From positions 1 to 37,786 of the forward strand of contig CALSCP010000099.1 of assembly GCA_943704425.1 (NCBI GenBank): a stretch of DNA of 37,786 nucleotides, given 5' to 3'. Positions 1-12,700 of the stretch are shown here, in pieces. The notes below the pieces were generated by a model that was given only the letters and a program-made list of their open reading frames with translations, made no database searches and was not told the DNA's origin. The first letter of the stretch is position 1. Every line of letters begins with the position of its first letter. A program made the translations under genes and the position numbers. The DNA is from Ministeria vibrans ATCC 50519. Its lineage: Eukaryota; Protista; Filasterea.

Positions 1-103
1 CCGAGTGAATGGCTTTTTTTTGTCTGTGGTGACCTCTTTTCGAAAATCTGGATATTCTCAAACGCGAATCAAGGCTGGTTTTCGGTCGACACCATCTGAA
101 TAG

Positions 104-1251
<1,148 letters not shown>

Positions 1252-1626
1252 GCAATCGGTAGTCAATGATGACGCGGGAGGCGCGTATGCCTAAAGAGAG
1301 ATAGTTATAGAGAGGGGAGTGCGAGAGTGCGATGAGAGGGAAGAGAGATTGGAGAGAACCATCTTGAAATTTAAAAAAAAGCATCTTTAAAAAGTTATTC
1401 ACAATCAATCAAGAGGCATTTTGTACCGATCAACGACTACCGAGTGAGGCGTACAAAAAAGTAGCCCAAGTCGTAATTTCTATTTAACTAAGTTATCAGC
1501 GACTCAAGTCTCAAAGCTGTCTCAATAATCAATTCTCATTTCTCAAACAACTTTTTCTTTTCTTACATTTTCCGCTGGCAAGTTGTACCTAATTCGTTAT
1601 TTGCGCTGCAGTGATACCGCGACAGT

Positions 1627-2274
1627 ATGGGAGACGTATTGGAAGCACTAGAGTCGCGATTGGCGCGACTGGAAACGATTTTGTCGGCGGACGAAGGAGA
1701 CACGTCCACAGACAGGTCGCTGACGGAGAGCCTTGCCGCGGGCGTGGCGCATTTGAATGAGGTGTCTCATCGAGAGGCCGCGCAGGCGTCTATGAAGCTG
1801 TGTAGGAAGAAATGCGAAGAGTGCTGCGGTCGGTTTTGGTAACGTTTTGTGCATTGTGGATTCATTTCGTATGGTGTAGGTTCGTCGCTGGAGCCGACGC
1901 TGGATGCGGTGGCGGCACACGAGGCACAGGAGACGCAGGTTCCAGTTGATGCTGAAGTGATGCGGGCGACGGTGACGGCGTGTACGGACGACGTGCGTCA
2001 ACTGACGCGACAGCTGGGGCAGTTGGAGCAGTTGCAATCGTTTGTCAATGTGCCGTCGCTCACCGACGTTGCCGACATGGCCAGCGAAACAGCCGACGTA
2101 GAGGTCAAGACCCTCGATTATGGGCACACGGCGGAAGTGCTTCAGAGGAACGTCACGCAGCTGTTGGCCAACTACGAGCGCACTATGCATCGTGTCTCCA
2201 CGATGTTCACGCAGTGGGATGATCGACTCGCCGCGCTCGAATCTAAGCTGGGCAAAGGCAGTGCCAACAGATAG
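1627..2274 (+). CDS. DCTN3: Dynactin subunit 3 (p22/p24), 189 aa
   Basis: Exons 1627-1801 and 1880-2274 splice in frame. The N-terminal LEALESRLARLE and C-terminal LLANYERTMHRVSTMFTQWDDRLAALE resemble recalled DCTN3 ([27 protein letters not shown]), and the length is similar. Confidence 0.8.
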
Positions 2275-2374
2275 AACGAAGCGAGATCGTATCACATTCA
2301 TTTCCTATTCCAATCTGATCTCATATTACCAACAATGAAACCACACCATGTACACAAAATATGCTTTTAAAGTT

Positions 2375-3509
2375 TCACTGTTTTGGCACTGCAAAGAGTC
2401 GTTCGGTCGCGCGCGAACCAGCAGAGTGGCTCGTAAACACCCAAGCAGGGGTGACAAAGACAACGCGCGGGTGATGCTGGTGAGCCAGGTCAAAGTCAGC
2501 GTCCCACACGCGGCGCGACACAACGTGCGTCGTCGCGTCGCTCATATACGCGTCGACAGCTCCGCCAAACGCCACGATGAGTCGCGTCAGTTGCTTGCGC
2601 TCTCCCGCATCAATCTCGTCGCCAAAATACAACACACGCACACCCTCAAAGAAATTGGGCAATGCAGGCAATGACAACGTCTGGTCGGCGTCAAGATCAG
2701 CGGGAAGCGACGCACTGCAGACTGACGAAGAGTAAGGCGCACTGTTCGCACCTGCGGACTCGCGTAGCACGTTGTTGTTGTTGTTGTCATCGTTGTCGTC
2801 GTTGTCATCGTCGTTGCTGTCGTCCGGGACTACATAGATGGGCTCCTCGTCGGGCACTGTGACATCGCTGGCACATCCGTCGTCCATGGCCGCCGCCTTT
2901 CCTTCCTCCTCCACCACATCATAGTGCGCTGAGCCTTCCATCAGCACTGTGATTTCCGCATCGTCTGGCATGTACGGATCGGGCGGATCCTCGCGATCCT
3001 TCCCATACCCATAGGGCCCCTCCGACACACGCACGCCTGCCCGAGCACACGCGTCAATCCACTCGGCATTGACAATGTAGGCGCGTGGACTGCGCTCGCG
3101 CACCTCAAGGTACTTGGGAGTGCCCGCAAACGCACAGATCAAGTGTGTACAGTCCGGTGACCACCCACCTCGATACGACGCGCCCAGCTTGGTTGCAGTG
3201 TCACGTAACTGTCCTCGCTGTGGATTGACAAAGCCCGAAAGCACAAAGGTGACCAAACTTAAGGGAGCGCTCATACACGCTCGCTTCGCCGACGGTTGTG
3301 GATCGTGTTGACTGTCGTCGCTACAAACGACGCTCGATAGTGACCGTTTGTGTGAAGGGATACAGTCCTGCAAGGATGCAGGGGCAGGGGCACTGGGAGG
3401 AGGTGCTGTAGGTGAGGGATGGACAGGGGTGTGTGACGATGCACGGGCAGGAGCACTGGGAGGAGGTGCTGTAGATGAGAGATGGACAGGGGTGTGTGAC
3501 GATGCATGG
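2375..3509 (-). CDS. XRCC1: XRCC1 C-terminal part (BRCT1, acidic linker, BRCT2); 5' end runs into an assembly gap
   Basis: BRCT1 FVLSGFVNPQRGQLRDTATKLGASYRGGWSPDCTHLICAFAGTPKY and BRCT2 LPALPNFFEGVRVLYFG...IVAFGGAVDAYMSDATTHVV...FVTPAWV match XRCC1 signatures. No XRCC1 N-terminal domain is visible. Confidence 0.9.
3375..3509 (-). repeat. 63-bp coding tandem repeat (21 aa, ASSHTPVHxSxTAPPPSAPAx), at least 2 copies, cut by the gap
   Basis: Units start with gatgca at 3375, 3438 and 3501, a period of 63. Confidence 0.9.
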
Positions 3510-3516
3510 NNNNNNN
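3510..3516. other. Assembly gap (7 N) between a coding tandem repeat and an intronic CT-rich repeat
   Basis: Run of N in the sequence. Confidence 0.99.
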
Positions 3517-3530
3517 AGAGAGAAACAAAG

Positions 3531-3577
<47 letters not shown>

Positions 3578-3677
3578 CAAAGTAATAGAGAGACAAGATG
3601 GATACAAACAAGCATGGAGCCGTGCGTGCGAGAGTGTGGTGGGGGTGTGGGGGTGTTTCTGGTGTGTGTCGACTTAC

Positions 3678-4125
3678 GCAAACATATCCGCCGGATCCAT
3701 AAACACAAAGTCGTGTCCACGGTGCGCATGGTGGCTCTGGGGCATCTGCGCTTGGCCTGTTAAGCCTTCAGCACCGTACGTGTCGTATACACGTCGTTGT
3801 TGCTCTGTGAGTGAAGAAAAGAGAAGACAGAGAGAGAGAGAGAGACAGAGAATGTTCCAGAAAAACCGGTCGAACGAAAGTGATAAAGTACCGTCTGACA
3901 GGACTTGGTACGCCTCGGAGATCTTCTTAAACTTCTCCGCAGCCTAGACAGCAATACACGCAGAGGGTTAGACTAGACAGACAGAGTCGACATAAGCGGG
4001 AAATGTACGTCTGGCGCTGACGATTTGTCTGGATGGTGTCGCAACGCCAGTTTGCGATACGCTTTGCGGATTTCGTCGCCAGTGCACGACCGAGACACTT
4101 GGAGCACTTCGTAGTAGTCCGTCAT
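3678..4125 (-). CDS. DnaJ/Hsp40 (class B-like) 5' exons: J-domain and start of the G/F region; its own 3' part is not in the window
   Basis: Exons 4125-4009, 3943-3892 and 3804-3678 read [71 protein letters not shown]...[12 protein letters not shown]. The HPD motif is intact. The ORF track misses this gene. Confidence 0.9.
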
Positions 4126-4311
4126 GTTAAAACCAAACTATTTTGAGTAGATCGACAGATGACGTCTTTTTATTTTTGAGTGTTATGAGTTGTGTAAATG
4201 ATTGATAAACATTGGATCTTCTCATTGATTGGTGCAGGTGATGAGGTGCTATGATACATAATATTTTGTATTGAAGAGGAAAGGGGGAGGGTTTGTTCAG
4301 AGGAGCGAGAG

Positions 4312-4835
4312 TCAGTCGAAGCACTCTTGAGAGCGACGCACACAGCGCTGGACGGCCTTCTTGAAGTCGGCGGGTTGTTCGCGCATCTGCTTGGCCGCAT
4401 CCAGGTTGGCGGGCGACTCGTCGTTGGGGTCGGATAGCATGAGAATCACCGACAACACAATGGTCTTGACTGTGTGAATGGGAAGCCAGCTGAGACAAAA
4501 AACCGTGCGAGAGGAGAGTGTGTGAGTGGACCAATTCTCTGCTTTTCCGAGGTGGTACCGCTCTTCGGGCTTCTCGTAGCCATACTTGTCCTCGCCAGGC
4601 TCGTGCAGAATTGAAATGCATACATCTCCATCGGGATACACTGAAACACAGACACAAAAACATAACAATCCCCTGTTGAGTGGTCTGTGTGTCGTTGGTA
4701 CCGTTGGGGTGCCAGATATCGGTGAGAAACTTCATGGTGGGTGGTCGCTGAGGGTAGTCGGCAGGAAAGTTCAAGAGGGCCTTGAAGAAGCCGCCTTCAC
4801 TGCGCAACACACACACACACACACATACAGTGACA

Positions 4836-4866
<31 letters not shown>

Positions 4867-5159
4867 AAACGCAAAAGATTAGAGCGGAACGTAACATTCG
4901 ATTGCGTTCACGTACTAGAGCGTGTCTGGAGGACCTGTAATAACCACCTGCCATTTGTACTGCAGGCGAGACGGCGCGACAAGGTCAGGTTTCGAGAGAG
5001 AAGCGAGACACACACACACAAGAAAAAAAAAAAAAGGAGAAACCTTACAACGTCGTCATCGTCCACTAGACCGGCACTGAAGCCTTGGATGGAGTCGTCG
5101 CGGTTGAGCTCTGTTCGTGAGGGGGGGAGGGAGCGGCAGGAGAGTCAGGTGAGGTGGAG

Positions 5160-5199
<40 letters not shown>

Positions 5200-5246
5200 G
5201 AACCAGCAAGTTGTCTTTGCAAGAGAAGCGCCGACTGCTGAGACAT
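4312..5246 (-). CDS. UBE2G1: Ubiquitin-conjugating enzyme E2 G1 (acidic-loop E2), 168 aa
   Basis: Six exons (5246-5204, 5110-5049, 4959-4916, 4799-4702, 4640-4559, 4489-4312) read MSQQSALLLQRQLAEL...[39 protein letters not shown]...SPANLDAAK. Catalytic Cys and HPN are present. Confidence 0.95.
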
Positions 5247-5403
5247 GGAAAAGAGAGACGGCGAAGAGTTAGAAAGAGAGGCTGTATGTAACGTGACGAT
5301 GCACAGAGAAAGATAAGAGTAAATCAATCAATCTGTGATTTTATTCTAATTATTTCTCTTAAGATCTCACTAAATTTGACTAAAATCTGAATTTCTGTCT
5401 GTG
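5247..5403. promoter_or_regulatory. Probable bidirectional promoter region (157 nt) between UBE2G1 and the NUUM-like exon
   Basis: Divergent ATGs at 5246 (-) and 5404 (+), with an AT-rich core at about 5320-5395. Positional inference only. Confidence 0.45.
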
Positions 5404-5455
5404 ATGGGGGGAGGAGCACGATACCCGTACCCTAGATGGGTCTACTCACCGGCCG
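5404..5455 (+). CDS. First exon of a small conserved protein resembling the fungal complex I accessory subunit NUUM (MGGG..YP..V.SPAGGWW family); downstream exons not found
   Basis: The exon reads MGGGARYPYPRWVYSPA(G) and is followed by a canonical G|GTAAG donor. The expected GGWW continuation is absent from 5456-6281. Confidence 0.6.
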
Positions 5456-6071
5456 GTAAGCGTGCGCTCCTAGCGAGGACATCAAGAAACACAAATGCAT
5501 TTTGCTCGTTTGTGTCTCGCGTGGCGTTTCTACTCTGCTGCCCCGCTGTCTATTGGTGCCCCACCCCTCCCCTCCGTCGTCTGTAGTGCGCGCCCTCCAG
5601 TCTGGCATTGCTTTGATGAGAATTTTTCATTTTCGTGATTGTCTCTGATTCGACTTATCGCCTTCGAGTTTCGCTCCCTGTGTGCTTAGCACATGCAGAA
5701 GAACATCCTACGATGAGATGATGGCCCGTGGTATTCGGAGTAGCCGCAAAACGATCGCGAAATAGAAACTTTTGCTTTTTTGCTTTGTTTCTACCTGTAC
5801 GGTCGCACCGGTGCGTTCCACCCGCAGCACAACGTCACTGTTGGGCCGACAGCCTGCAAGAGGCGTGTACATAGTTGCTCAAAGCTTCAGTGTAGCTGAG
5901 AGAGAAATTTGAAGTGATGTCTCAGTTTACAAGCGCATCGCACGCCGGGCCGCAGGGCTGCCGGAGTCTAGAACACTGTGTGATGTGTACTTTGGGCTTG
6001 TGTGGAGTGTTGTCGAACGACCTCTTTTGTTCTTTTTATGCAAGTTCTCATTTTTCTCTGGCTGTCTCTCT

Positions 6072-6245
6072 TTTCTCTCTCTCTCTCTATCACTTTGTTT
6101 CTCTCTCTCTCTCTCTCTATCACTTTGTTTCTCTCTCTCTCTCTATCACTTTGTCTCTCTTTCTCTCTCTTTCTATCACTTTGTTTCTCTCTCTCTCTCT
6201 ATCACTTTGTTTCTCTCTCTCTCTCTCTCTATCACTTTGTTTCTT
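6072..6245 (+). repeat. Intronic minisatellite, 6 units of (CT)n-ATCACTTTGTT
   Basis: TATCACTTTG occurs at about 6088, 6118, 6144, 6174, 6200 and 6230. Related units lie at about 3517-3590 (minus strand) and about 17290-17335. Confidence 0.9.
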
Positions 6246-6281
6246 CCTCCTTTCTCTCTCTCACTCTCTCTCGCTTCCTAG

Positions 6282-6682
6282 TGGATGTCACTCACGCAAA
6301 AGAGGTTCTACGTTTCATTTCGTACGTGGGAAATGATGTCGAGGCAGTCTTTGTTGGCAACGCGCACAAAAGGATATCGGTTGCTTGGACTGTGATACAG
6401 TTGTTGCCCGTACTCGCAGATCCGCGGACTCGCGACCTCGACCCGTTCATTCACGAGACAGTCGTGTCTCTCTTTCAGGTCCTTCAACGTCGATCACTTG
6501 CACTCCTTCGCACTGCTTTTGCTGACCTTGTCGATGTCCTCGCCACTCTCTTGGCCATCGAGAGCGCCTACCGTAACGACACCTCCATCCTTCCCGGTGA
6601 CGCAACCTGGTTTTTCAATTGTGCGCGCCTGGAAGACACTGTCACCACGTTAGCCACATCGAATGATTCGACTTCCTCTGAC

Positions 6683-6719
<37 letters not shown>

Positions 6720-9700
6720 ATGCTGATGCTGATGCTGCAGTCCCAACGAAAACCGTGTCCACTCTCACGGCTACATACATCCCCTCTATTGAGTTTTGTC
6801 ATCAACTTGCGCCACGTCTTGTGCCTCTCATTGCTCACTTGATCACCATTTTTCGCCAGCCATCCGACGCGACCTTTTCCATTGACATTTCGTTGTACAG
6901 TCGTGCGAGCTTATGGGAGACATTTGGCGATGTGCTTCTTCGCTGGCCGCACGATGAACAATGCCTCGTTGCCACTGTCTCGACTCTCCAATTGCTCATT
7001 GAACACACCGACCTGGTGCACGGTGCCGCTTCCGTTTTGCCCTTGGTTTCCAACCTATTTGCACATCAGGTTTTTCAAATGGCGCCCTCATCTCTCTCCC
7101 GCGTCGTCACCAAGGCGATTGTACATCTTCTCGACGCCATTCGCGTGTCGCCCCTCATCGCCCCACGCTCTCTGGTTGCCGCTCTTCCGTCCCTTGCTCT
7201 CGTGGTTCGCCGTGCACTCAGTCGAGCCAACGACGAAGAAGGCACTCTTCTGTTGTCGACAGCCGCCGCCAACAACCGCTCGTTGTTGCTGAAGGAAAGT
7301 AGCGATGCCATTGGGGATATCCTGACTGCCTCTCTGCGTTTCTTAGCACATCTTCTTGGCGCATGTCGCGACCTTGCCGATCCTACTGCTCACTTTATGC
7401 TCGATCAGAATGTGGCACAATTGCCTGTGTTTCTCCGTCAGTCGATACGTTCACGTCGTTATCGCTGCGCCACTGTCGCGCTCGACGCTTGGATGGACTG
7501 GTCTCGCTCCCTACCGGCAATCATTCAAAATCCTTCTAACAGCAATACCTCTCTCATTTCGCATGGTGGACGTGCCCCGACCAATGACGAGGGCGTTGAT
7601 GCCGTCGCCGCCGCCGCCGCCGCCGCTGACTCAGATGCAGTTGTTCTCTCCGTTCGTTCGCTACTCCACCAGTACCTTGTGCGTACACTACGTGACGTGA
7701 GGCACTCCACGAAGGCAAATGAGTCTGTATCAAATTCTGCTACTGCTGCTGCTGCTGCTGCTGCTCNNNNNNNNNNNNNNNNNNNNNNNNNNNNNNNNNN
7801 NNNNNNNNNNNNNNNNNNNNNNNNNNNNNNNNNNNNNNNNNNNNNNNNNNNNNNNNNNNNNNNNNNNNNNNNNNNNNNNNNNNNNNNNNNNNNNNNNNNN
7901 NNNNNNNNNNNNNNNNNNNNNNNNNNNNNNNNNNNNNNNNNNNCTACTGCTGCTGCTGCTGCTGCTGCTCGAACTACTACGACTACTGCTGATGCCACTA
8001 CTACTACTACTGCTACTACTACTACCTCTACGACTGCTGCTGCTACTACTGCTACTACCACTGCTACTGCTACTACTACTACTACGACTACTACTACTAC
8101 TACTACTACACCCTCACTTGTTCCTTTGCTGCGCGTGGCCGTTTGTGCCACTCGACTGCAACTAGGCAACGCTTCAGTAGATCGTGACAGCACCAAGACC
8201 GACAGGCATCTAGCCGATGATTATTTTGTTGATGACCTTGACCAGCAGCGGATTCTCGAGGTGTTACAACGTCTATCCGATGAGGGCAACGATGACGTGC
8301 GTGCGAGTGCGCCTCACTTTGCCATTTCTCAGCCGTCTCTTGTGCACGCCTTGATGGGTGTGCTCAGTGACCTCGCGCGCAATTGCACCCCGAGCCAGCT
8401 GCCTCTTGATACCGTCCTCCAATTCAGCGTTGGTCTTTTTGTTGCACGCTGGCTTGGCTGTCCGCCCACCGAATCGCAAGATGCATCCTTGATTGCTCAA
8501 CAGGAGTTCACACTTCTTCTTCAACTCGTCGATTGTGTCTACCGTGATCGCGAAGCCCTCAGACTGTGTCGCTCCGACGCCACCGACGCCCGTGCCCTCG
8601 ACCTTTTCCACACACTCTTCTGGTGCTCTTCACTGCCGTGGGCCACTAACGCCGACCTGCACGATGCGTCGCTGGCCGCCGCTCGTTTCCTTGCACTCGA
8701 TAACCCTCATGTCCTCACGACGCTCGCCGAGCACTTTGCTACCACGGATTTGTCGTTCGCGATACGTCCCTGGGCCGTCGCACACGCATCGCTTCCGCTT
8801 CTGTGCCTCAGTTTGCGCTGCACCGCTCGCTCACCCGTCATCGAGCACGCCGATGGCTTCAGCCGCTCTCGCATCAGTGTCTTTCTGGCCGCATTACGTC
8901 ACCCCGTTGACGTGGTGCGCGCCTGTGCTATCGATTGCATTCCAGACCTGCTTGACAGCTCGAGTCTTATCTTCTTGCCAAACATTGCATTGACCAACGT
9001 ATTGAATCAGTATGTCGCTGACGCCAGCGACGCGGTGCGTCTTGCCGTCGCGCGTGCTGTCGGTCGCCTCTTCACTCGCGGCGACTGTCTCGCACGCAAT
9101 ACCGCACCGCTGCCTCAACGGTGTCGCCACTCGCAACGCAACTCTTCCATGTGTGTCAAAATCTCCGATCTTGCTGGGTTTGAGGTGCTCTGCGAAGACC
9201 CTCACAGTAGTGTGCGTCTGGAAATGCTCAAGTCTCTCGCGTCTGTATTTGCCCACGTTCTTATTGATGACGCCTCTCTGGAAGGTGACATTCCCTCGGC
9301 CTCCCAAGCCATCTGCCTTGGATGTGGCCCTTGTGCCGACCTGTGTGCCCAAGCCATGGCCGACGATCTTACCGCAGTGCGTGTGTGCGCCGGTCAGGCT
9401 TTTGCCACACTTGCATGCAACCCAACCCTCGGCGACAAACACATCACGGCCATGGGCACAGTCCTGCAACAAGTGTTGGGTGCGGCCAGCGATCGGTTTT
9501 CCCTCTTGGATGGACACCACACCTCGTCGGCGTCCGGCCACCCTGTCGAGTCGATACCCGATCCGATGGACGTACTGCGTCTCTTTGAGACAGTCATTGA
9601 GACCATTGGCACTCTCTTGCGCAACACCCACCACGACGCGTTGCAGGTGCTTTGCATCATGGACTTGTGCAATTTGTTGACTCACAAATGGCAACGTGTA

Positions 9701-12700
9701 CGGGCACTCGCCGCCTCGCAACTCTGTGACGCCGCACCCGACGGCAACGTCGTTGCCCTTGTTTGGCCTCACCTCGAAGCGCTATGTCCCTTCCTCACCG
9801 ACGGTCTCCTTCTACTTCAGCCAGCTACGCCCATGACAGCCGCCGCACCCACAACAGCGCCAGCAACGACGGCCGCCAATGCCGATGCTGATGAAGCCGC
9901 AGGGGGTGCGGGCTCGCCACTGGAATTGCTAGCCGACCTCATGGGCCTCAAGAGTGCCGTCAAACTCATTACCAAATCTTTGCCATGTCTCATGCCTCAC
10001 CTCGTGGTACACGATCGCTATGATGCAATGCGCCACCTTGCCTCCGTTCTCGATACTTCCGTTCATCAGCTTGTCGTCAACAACATGCACCTCATCTTTA
10101 ACGTGCTCCTTGTACCCTCACCCGCTCATGATTTGCCCGACCTCGCCGATTGCGACTGGGTGCGCAAACTCAATCTCCAGCTTAACACTCCTCTGTCACT
10201 CTACGAGCTCGTTGGTGTTCAAAGTGACAATTTAGTCAACCTTCTTATTTTCCGTCTCGGTAGCCCCGACACCGCCGCCAATGTTGCCCAAGAGCTTGCC
10301 AATGACGACAACGACGAGGAGGAAGACGAGCAGGACAAGCAGGCGTTTGCTGACGAGGAGGGCGCCGCCAAGGACGATAATTGGCAGCCTCGACTTCGTC
10401 CACGCGCTCCCGATGGACCCATTCCTATGGACATTGATGTGGAAGAAGGTGATGTTCATGAAAACGCCAACATCAACAACAACACCAATAGCAACAACAA
10501 CAACAATAACAACAACGCCAATGGCTGCAACAACGAGTACACTGGTACGTCCAAGAGTTTCTGCGACGAGCGAGCACTCCAGCTTGCCGATCGCCTTGGA
10601 CAACCGTCTCTTGGCGCTCGCGAAAACATTCTTCGTCGTCTCGAATTTGTCCTTGGCCTCCTCACGCCCCACGACAACAAAACTTCGGGGCCAGCGCCTG
10701 CGCAACTTTCTTCTGAGCAGACAAGTCAGCTGTTGCGGCCCTTCACCTTGGGCATCATGGTGTTTCTCACGTCAAAAATGTACTTTCCCGATTGCGATCA
10801 GGACCGTCGTCAGACGGTGGAGTCGCTGGCGGCGCTCATTCAGTTGCTTGATGCCTCCGAGTTGCAACCGCTGCGCTCCAAGGTGATCAGCCTGCTCAAT
10901 CTCACGAGCACTCATTCCGAGTTGGGCGCCGCTTGCTGTCGTTGCTGGGATGTGTTTGTGCGACGCCTCAAGCCGGCCATGCTCGGACCAGTACTGCCGC
11001 AAATTGTGTGTGCCCTTGTGCGGCTTCTCGGTCAGAGTCGACTCTGTCGTGGTATTGCGCTGCGCACCCTTTCCTACCTCATTGTTGACAATCGTGCGGC
11101 GCTCAAGGAGCACCTCAATCACATCTTCGGCGTGCCCAGCGACGATCCCGCGCTCGCTCCCATCCTCGCAGTGCTCACCAAGGCACGAGCGCCGCCGGAG
11201 CATGCGTCGCTTGAAGAACAACTCAGCTTGACGCTGGAGCGATTCTCGCGTGGCATTCGCAGCGAATTTGAAGATGTTCGCACTGCGGCACTGCGCGAGC
11301 TGTACTCCGTGCTGTGCGAACACCGCGCCACCCTTGTCAATCTAATTCTCAACTACGAGACGGTGCCCGTCTCGGTGGGGGTACTTGTGCAATCGCTCAT
11401 GCTTGCCTGTCGTGACACCAATCCTGATGTGCTACGTCTTGTGGGTCAGTGTCTTGGTCAGGTGGGTGCTGTCGATCCTGGTCGATTACCCTCCGACGCG
11501 ACCCTCTCGTCGCTGATGCATCGATCGGCGCTGGTACCCCCATCGAACAAGGCCCACACAAGTGCGGCAGCAGCGGCAGGCGATGTGGCACCAGCTGGAA
11601 CAGCGGTGGCGGCAGCAGCAGCAGCAGCAGCAGCAGCACCGCGTGGGTCTTTGCTGCTCACGACCGTGGCAGCCTGGCAAGAAGGGGACGAGGCGATCGA
11701 AATCACCGAGGCGCTGGTAAACACCTTGATTCGTGACTATGCTGTGCGTGCGTTTCGCTCGGCACAAGACGCTCGTGCGCAAGACCGCGCTGCGTTTGCC
11801 ATTCAAGAGCTTCTTTTGAAAATGTGCAAGTGCGACCGTGCGCTGCCTTTGCAACCGAATGACACGGAGAAGCGTCGCTACGCCGGCTCTACCTTTTGGT
11901 GCAGTCTACCGTTGGCCGTGCGTGCCGATATTCATCCCCTGCTCAACAGTCACTACGAAGGGCGCCAGCGCTACACGTCGGTTACCCTGCCGATCTATGG
12001 CAGCATGATTGGCGATCCGAACGCCTCGTTTCGCGACTGGATTCACATCTGGGCGGGCGAACTGAACTGGAAGTGTCGCAATCTGTGCAAGCAGCCCGAG
12101 GTCCACACTGCCTTTGGTGGCCTCATCAAGGACGACGTTCCCTCCGCTCTCTTTCTCCTGCCGCGTCTCCTCCTCATTATCATTGCTCATGGTGGAGCCG
12201 ATCTTGTCGCCGAGGTGCACCTCGAAATTAACAGCATTTTGCGCAACAACAGCAAGCATGTCGAGGGAGGTGGCAGCGCGGGTGACGACATGCCCGACTC
12301 GACAAGCGTTGTCACGTCAATGCCAGCTGGCGCAGGTGCCAATGGTATGCGTCACATGGCCATGCAAACTCTCTTTTCCGTCATGGACTTTCTTCTCAAG
12401 TGGACCCTTCACATGATGCATGACACACGCGTGAGCGCACGCGAAGCCTGCGGCGCAGTGCAAACGTTTATCCTGACCATTGGGCTCGACCGACTTGCGG
12501 ACGCGGCGCTACGTTTTCACTCGACAGCGCGCGCCCTACTCTATCTCGAGACGTACTGGCGCTGGGACGCCCGCGCGACACGACCGTGCTTTACTGGCAC
12601 AACACGTTCGAGCGAAGCGCTCAAGGAATTACACACACGACGCGAGGCACGTCTGCAGGAGAAGCTTTCGCTGTTGCAACAAGTGTACAAGGCTCAGTCG

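Noticed and set aside
5891-5935. GCTGAGA...TTTGAA.TGAT resembling a TPP riboswitch
   Set aside because: No matching P2 CCC strand or P4/P5 arm, and no thiamine gene nearby.
6072-6245. CRISPR-like array
   Set aside because: Spacers are only CT dinucleotides, the context is a eukaryotic intron, and there are no cas genes.
6002-6281. Hydrophobic LSLSLS N-terminus on the 3237-aa ORF, suggesting a membrane-anchored ATR
   Set aside because: It is translated intronic CT minisatellite. The acceptor lies at 6281.
7767-7943. Hidden insertion or intron in the ATR gap
   Set aside because: Identical 27-nt flanks point to an unmerged contig overlap.
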